Source: Tomitella gaofuii (GTDB lineage: Bacteria; Actinomycetota; Actinomycetes; Mycobacteriales; Mycobacteriaceae). From it: 32,000 nt of DNA. The stretch is from NCBI RefSeq assembly GCF_014126825.1, contig NZ_CP059900.1, positions 1,780,954 through 1,812,953 on the forward strand, in the 5' to 3' direction. Numbering within the stretch: position 1 is the first letter of the stretch; each line of letters starts with the position of its first letter. Both the position numbers and the translations under genes were made by a program. The notes below the pieces were generated by a model. It was given only the letters and a program-made list of their open reading frames with translations. It was not told where the DNA came from and did not search any database. Below, piece by piece: positions 27,576-32,000 of this stretch.

Positions 27576-28786
27576 CTACCGAGGTTAACCGTTCCTCCGC
27601 TCGCGGCGCCGTCGGCCGCATCGTCGGCGTTGTGCGTGTCCGCCCATCCGACGACCCGCGGAACCGACTCGACCTGGCGAATCGGCGGCAGATCTGTATC
27701 GCTCATCTGCAGCTCGGAGAGACGGCGTGCGGTCACCATCACCCGCGACTCGAAGGACGCGGCGGTGGAATTGAACGATTCGACGGCCTTGCCGAGGCGG
27801 TCGCCGACGCGGTCGAAGTGACGCGCCATCGTGTCCAGCCGGCGGGCCAGTTCCGTGCCCAGCGAGTGGATGGTGCGGGCTTCCTGGGACAGCGCCTCCT
27901 GACGCCAGCCCAAAGCAACGGTGCGCAGAAGCGCGACGAGGGTGGTGGGGGTGGCGAGCACGACGTTCTTCGCCATCGCGTACTCGAACAGACCTTTGTC
28001 GGTGGATACTGCGGCGTCGAGGAACGGATCGCCGGGGACGAAGAGCACCACGAACTCCGGAGTGGGGTCGAATGCGCGCCAGTAGGCTTTGGCCGCGAGC
28101 TTGTCGACGTGCGCACGCAGCTGCGAGGCGTGGGAGAACATCAACTTCTGGCGTTCTTGCTCGCGGGTCGCGGACAGGGCGTCGAGGTAGGCGGACAACG
28201 GGACCTTCGCGTCGACGACGATCCGGCGGCCGCCGGAGAGGCGGATGATCATGTCGGGACGCACGCGCGCGGTAGGGCCGTCGTCGGCGGCGTCGGCGGT
28301 GACCTGAGTGTCGAAATCACAGTGCCGCGCCATCCCCGCGAGTTCCACCACGCGCTCGAGCTGAAGCTCGCCCCATCTGCCGCGCACCTGCGGGGCGCGT
28401 AGCGCGGAGACCAGGCGGGTGGTCTGGGTGGACAGTTCGCGGTTGGAATGATGCATGGCGGCCACTTGCTCGCTGATGCCCGCGTAGGCGCCGACACGGT
28501 CGTGCTCGAGCAACCGCAGCTGCTCGCTGAGAGCGCCCAGCGCATCCTGCAGGGGCGCGACCACCTGCCCCATCCGCTCGCCGATCTCCCCGGCGTTGCG
28601 GCGGGCCGCCTCGTCGTTGACCGACCCCAGCGACGCCTCCCAGGTCCGGCGGCCCTCCTCGCGGGCGTCCATGGTGGCCTCTGCGCGCGCCAGCCGGTCT
28701 CCGACACGCGCCGCATGCGCCAGCCAGCCGACGATGGCGCCGATTGCCAGTGCAGCGACCAGCATGACGGCCGTGATCACATCCAT
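27572..28786 (-). CDS. rmuC: DNA recombination protein RmuC
   Basis: This is the C-terminal 404 codons of track ORF 27572..29233. It has an N-terminal anchor (MDVITAVMLVAALAIGAIVGWLA), a coiled region, and an RmuC nuclease-like core (RPDMIIRLSGGRRIVVDAKVPLSAY, FVVLFVPGD). Confidence 0.9.
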   Translation of the reverse strand: MDVITAVMLVAALAIGAIVGWLAHAARVGDRLARAEATMDAREEGRRTWEASLGSVNDEAARRNAGEIGERMGQVVAPLQDALGALSEQLRLLEHDRVGAYAGISEQVAAMHHSNRELSTQTTRLVSALRAPQVRGRWGELQLERVVELAGMARHCDFDTQVTADAADDGPTARVRPDMIIRLSGGRRIVVDAKVPLSAYLDALSATREQERQKLMFSHASQLRAHVDKLAAKAYWRAFDPTPEFVVLFVPGDPFLDAAVSTDKGLFEYAMAKNVVLATPTTLVALLRTVALGWRQEALSQEARTIHSLGTELARRLDTMARHFDRVGDRLGKAVESFNSTAASFESRVMVTARRLSELQMSDTDLPPIRQVESVPRVVGWADTHNADDAADGAASGGTVNLGR

Positions 28787-28793
28787 GGCCACG

Positions 28794-28816
28794 ATCCTGC
28801 ACGACGGGTCCGACAA
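28794..28816 (-). promoter_or_regulatory. Partial RecA-NDp-like promoter for rmuC, geometry implies a leaderless start
   Basis: The minus strand reads TTGTCGGAC - 8 nt - CAGGAT - 7 nt - ATG(28786). The TTGTCG core and the spacing match the motif. The gtg tail and the first base of the -10 do not. Confidence 0.35.
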
Positions 28817-28883
28817 TTCGGCGCGGCCCACGCCGTCCGCCGCGGCGCGCACGTCCGGCACCGGACGATCACCGGCCGCGGAG

Positions 28884-28906
28884 TTGTCGGTGCGGTGCTC
28901 TACCGT
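28884..28906 (+). promoter_or_regulatory. Exact match to the mycobacterial LexA-independent DNA-damage promoter motif (RecA-NDp / PafBC-type) upstream of sbcD
   Basis: TTGTCGGTG - cggtgctc (8 nt) - TACCGT - 7 nt - ATG(28914). The consensus as I recall it is tTGTCRgtg-N8-TAnnnT. No Shine-Dalgarno sequence is present, so a leaderless sbcD transcript is implied. Confidence 0.55.
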
Positions 28907-28913
28907 CGGCGGC

Positions 28914-30071
28914 ATGAGGATCCTGCACACTTCCGACTGGCACATCGGCCGGACCTTCCACGGCGTGGACCTGCTGGCGGACCAGGAGAGCGTCCTCGCG
29001 GAGATCGCCGGCATCGTCAGCCGCGAACAAGTGGACGTGGTGGTCCTGGCGGGAGACGTGTACGACCGTTCGGTGCCGGGCGCGGAGGCGGTGCGGGCCT
29101 GCAACCGTGCGCTGGTGGCATTGCGGGAGGCGGGTGCGACGATCGTTGCGACGTCGGGCAACCATGATTCGCCGGCGCGCTTGGGAGCGGGCGCCGACTT
29201 CGCGGCCGCCGGGGGCCTGCATCTGTTCACCACCGTCGGCGGTGTGACACGTCCGGTCGTTCTGGAGGATGAGCACGGTCCGGTCCGGTTCTACGGCGTG
29301 CCCTTTCTGGAACCGGACGTCTGCCGGCGCGAGCTCGGTGTTCCCGCCGCCCGCACGCACGAGGACGTGCTGACGGCCGCGATGGACCTGGTGCGCGCAG
29401 ATCTCACGGCCGCCGCGGCCGTGAACGAGGGGGCACGATCCGTGGTCATAGCGCACGCCTTCGTCGTCGGCGGCGATGCCACCGATTCCGAACGGTCCAT
29501 CTCCGTGGGGGGAGTGGAGACGGTGCCCGCAGCGGCGTTCGAGGGGGTGGACTACGCGGCGCTCGGGCACCTGCACACTCCGCAAGAGATCCGTTCCTGG
29601 CTGCGCTATTCAGGTAGCCCGTTGCCCTACTCCTTCGGTGAGCGCAGCGACGCGAAGGGTGTGTGGATCGTGGATCTCGGCGCCGAGGGGCTGGAGTCGG
29701 TGCGCAAGGTGCCACTGACCTCCGTGCGGGGCTTGAGCCGCCTCACCGGCACGCTGCAGGACTTGCTGGACGGTGAGGAATATGCGGACGCGGAGCAGGA
29801 CTACGTGTCGGCGCTGCTGGTGGACGAGCGCCGTCCGCAGGATCCGATGCGCCGGCTGCGCGAGCGATTCCCGCACGCGGTGCACCTGGAGTGGGAGCGG
29901 CCGGGCGGCAACCCGGAGCTGCGCTATCGCGAGCGGGTGCGGGGGCGTGATGACGTCCAGATCGTCCGCGCATTCCTCGACGATATGCGGGGCGAGGCGA
30001 CGGACGAGGAGATGTCGCTGGTGTCGCAGGCGCTGGCGGCCGTCACCGCGGAGAAGGAGGGGGAGCGGTGA
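28914..30071 (+). CDS. sbcD: Exonuclease SbcD (Mre11-type phosphoesterase)
   Basis: This is the C-terminal part of track ORF 28596..30071 from the ATG at 28914. Phosphoesterase motifs are MRILHTSDWHIG, LAGDVYD, GNHD and GHLH. Confidence 0.9.
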   Translation: MRILHTSDWHIGRTFHGVDLLADQESVLAEIAGIVSREQVDVVVLAGDVYDRSVPGAEAVRACNRALVALREAGATIVATSGNHDSPARLGAGADFAAAGGLHLFTTVGGVTRPVVLEDEHGPVRFYGVPFLEPDVCRRELGVPAARTHEDVLTAAMDLVRADLTAAAAVNEGARSVVIAHAFVVGGDATDSERSISVGGVETVPAAAFEGVDYAALGHLHTPQEIRSWLRYSGSPLPYSFGERSDAKGVWIVDLGAEGLESVRKVPLTSVRGLSRLTGTLQDLLDGEEYADAEQDYVSALLVDERRPQDPMRRLRERFPHAVHLEWERPGGNPELRYRERVRGRDDVQIVRAFLDDMRGEATDEEMSLVSQALAAVTAEKEGER

Positions 30072-32000
30072 GACTGCATTCGCTCGCGATGACCGGGTTC
30101 GGTCCGTTCGCGGACACCCAACATGTGGACTTCGGCGCATTGGGCGCGGACGGGTTGTTCCTGTTGCATGGGCAAACCGGCGCCGGCAAGACCACCGTGC
30201 TCGACGCCGTGGCCTTCGCGCTGTACGGCACCGTGCCCGGGGCACGCCAGGACGGGCGCCGACTGCGCTCCGACCACGCCGCGCCCGGGACGCCCACCGA
30301 GGTGTCCCTCGAAGCGACTATCGGCGGCCGGCACCTGCGGATCCGTCGCAGCCCCGAGTACATGCGCCCGAAGAAGCGTGGTGAGGGCGAGACCAAGGAG
30401 AACGCGAAGGCCACCCTGGAATGGCTCGACGGCCACGGCGAGAACCTCAGCCGCGTTAACGATATCGGGGGCAAGATAGCTTCCTTGCTGGGCATGAGCG
30501 CCGAGCAGTTCTTCCAGGTCGTGCTGCTGCCGCAAGGGGAGTTCGCGAAGTTCCTCAAGGCGGAGACCAGCACCCGCGCGTCCCTGCTGGAGAAGCTCTT
30601 CGACACGGCACGGTTCAGCGATGTCGAGCAGTGGTTCGCGGAGCGGCGGCGTGCGGTGTCCGGGGCGTTCGAACACGGAAGGCAGGCGGTCGCCGTCGCG
30701 GTCGACGGACTCACCACCGCGGCCGGTGACCTCGCGGCGGCCCCGTCCGACGCGTCCGGGAACGGTGACGGCGAAAGCGGCGACGACGGTGTCGACACGG
30801 AAGGCGCCGTGTCGGGCGACGGGCTGCGGGACGTCGATCCGGTCTCGTGGGCGGAATCCGTGCGGGAGCGTGCTGAATCCGCTGCCGCGCGCACGGAGGA
30901 CGAGCTGCACACGCTGCGGAAGACGGCTGCGGAGGCCCGCACGCGGGCGGATCGCGAGCGGGAACGGGCGCAAGCGCAACGTCGGCGTGCGGAGGCGTGT
31001 GCCGCGGTCGCGGAGTTCGAGCAGGGGCACGAGGCCAGGGCGCGCGCGACGGCGGAACTCGGCGCCGCGCGTCGTGCAGTGCAGGCAGGGTGGGCGGAGC
31101 GATCCAGGAGCGCGGCCGAATCGGACCGGGATGCGGCCGTGACGCGCCGCGACGCGCTCGCCGCCGCCTTCGCCGCTCACGACGAGGAATCCGCCGCCGT
31201 CCTGGAAGCGGCGACGTCCGACGACGGTGGCATCGACTCGGTCGCGCTCGAGGCTGGTACACGCCGGCTCGATGAGGAACTCGTCCGTCTGGACGCCGCC
31301 GCAGAAGACGAGGTCGCGTTGACCGGCCTCATCTCGGAGCAGTCGCAGGCGACGGAACGATGCGAACGTGCCGGGGCCGAGCTGCAGGCCGTCCTGGGCC
31401 AGTCGGAGGCGTTGCCCGCGTTGATCGAGCGGGTACGTGATGAGCGTGACCGCGCGTCGCAGGCGGCGACTGTGCTGCCGGCACAGGCCGAGGCTTTGGA
31501 CGCGGCGAGGACGATTGAAGAAGCGGCGCTGGCGATTCCGGCTGCGCGGGCCGCGCAGGAGCGCGAGGCCGCTGCCGTCGCAGACGTCGAGTCCCGTTAC
31601 AACGATGCGCGTGAGCACGCGCTGAACCTACGGGAGCGGCGGCTTGACGGCATGGCCGCGGAACTCGCCGGCGAACTTCGTGCGGGGGAGCCGTGTGCAG
31701 TGTGTGGATCCGAGCAGCACCCGAGGCCGGCGGTGGCAGCGGAGGGGTCGGTGACTCAGCAGGACGAGGACTCCGCGACGCGCGAAGTCGACACGCTCGC
31801 ACGGCGATGGGACGCGGCACGCCGGTCGCTGCGGGATGCCGAGATGGAACTCGCCGCCCAGGTGCAGAAGGCGGACGGCGTGGGCGCCGACGATGCAGCG
31901 CGACGTCGCGTGGCGGCAGAGGAGGCCCACGCGGAGAGCGCGCGCCTCGCGGGACGGCTCGACGAGGCCACATCGCGGCTCGAGAGCCTGGAGCTGCAGC
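30068..32000 (+). CDS. sbcC: Exonuclease SbcC (Rad50-type ATPase), N-terminal approx 644 codons; continues beyond the window end
   Basis: My own translation from the GVG-context GTG at 30068 (4-nt GTGA overlap with the sbcD stop) gives VRLHSLAMTGFGPFADTQHVDFG...LLHGQTGAGKTTVLDAVAFALYG. It has Walker A, a long Ala/Glu/Arg coiled coil, and a zinc hook PCAVCGSEQHP at about 31691..31723. The frame is open to position 32000. It is absent from the ORF track because it has no stop in the window. Confidence 0.9.
   Translation, partial: MRLHSLAMTGFGPFADTQHVDFGALGADGLFLLHGQTGAGKTTVLDAVAFALYGTVPGARQDGRRLRSDHAAPGTPTEVSLEATIGGRHLRIRRSPEYMRPKKRGEGETKENAKATLEWLDGHGENLSRVNDIGGKIASLLGMSAEQFFQVVLLPQGEFAKFLKAETSTRASLLEKLFDTARFSDVEQWFAERRRAVSGAFEHGRQAVAVAVDGLTTAAGDLAAAPSDASGNGDGESGDDGVDTEGAVSGDGLRDVDPVSWAESVRERAESAAARTEDELHTLRKTAAEARTRADRERERAQAQRRRAEACAAVAEFEQGHEARARATAELGAARRAVQAGWAERSRSAAESDRDAAVTRRDALAAAFAAHDEESAAVLEAATSDDGGIDSVALEAGTRRLDEELVRLDAAAEDEVALTGLISEQSQATERCERAGAELQAVLGQSEALPALIERVRDERDRASQAATVLPAQAEALDAARTIEEAALAIPAARAAQEREAAAVADVESRYNDAREHALNLRERRLDGMAAELAGELRAGEPCAVCGSEQHPRPAVAAEGSVTQQDEDSATREVDTLARRWDAARRSLRDAEMELAAQVQKADGVGADDAARRRVAAEEAHAESARLAGRLDEATSRLESLELQ

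Noticed and set aside
27996-28018. Second exact TTGTCGGTG 9-mer (plus strand)
   Set aside because: It lies inside rmuC, antisense to the coding strand. After 8 nt it is followed by GGCGTC, not a TAnnnT -10. It is probably a chance occurrence.

Overview
Visibly very GC-rich actinobacterial chromosomal DNA. The order coaA, glyA, phoH2, fumC, glpX, xseB, xseA, an Rv1109c-like gene, ispH and an Rv1111c-like gene parallels the M. tuberculosis Rv1092c-Rv1111c neighbourhood as I remember it. This is therefore most likely core chromosome of a member of the Mycobacteriales; the genus cannot be determined by eye. I support 30 protein-coding genes (two cut by the window edges) and one frameshifted gene, xseA. 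I saw no rRNA, tRNA, CRISPR array, transposase or integrase. Accessory modules sit between the housekeeping genes: (1) a TetR-controlled flavin monooxygenase / serine esterase / Zn-alcohol dehydrogenase cassette; (2) a TetR plus NAD-binding epimerase-like pair with duplicated palindromic operators; (3) an orphan TasA/camelysin-like secreted protein; (4) a vapBC toxin-antitoxin module with a consensus TATAAT and a leaderless start; (5) a C-N hydrolase and a catalytically degenerate beta-lactamase-fold lipoprotein, both translationally coupled to fumC; (6) a TetR plus cytochrome P450 pair with a double perfect palindrome; (7) a divergent rmuC / sbcDC pair whose spacer carries an exact match to the mycobacterial LexA-independent DNA-damage promoter motif (RecA-NDp, PafBC-type). 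Seven gene junctions use 4-nt RTGA start/stop overlaps, and several genes look leaderless. I do not see a convincing, wholly new multi-gene system. The best candidates for follow-up are the fumC-coupled hydrolase/pseudo-beta-lactamase pair, the orphan TasA-like protein next to a 450-bp non-coding region, and the damage-promoter architecture at rmuC/sbcDC. All family assignments come from motif recognition by eye and from memory; no database search was run.
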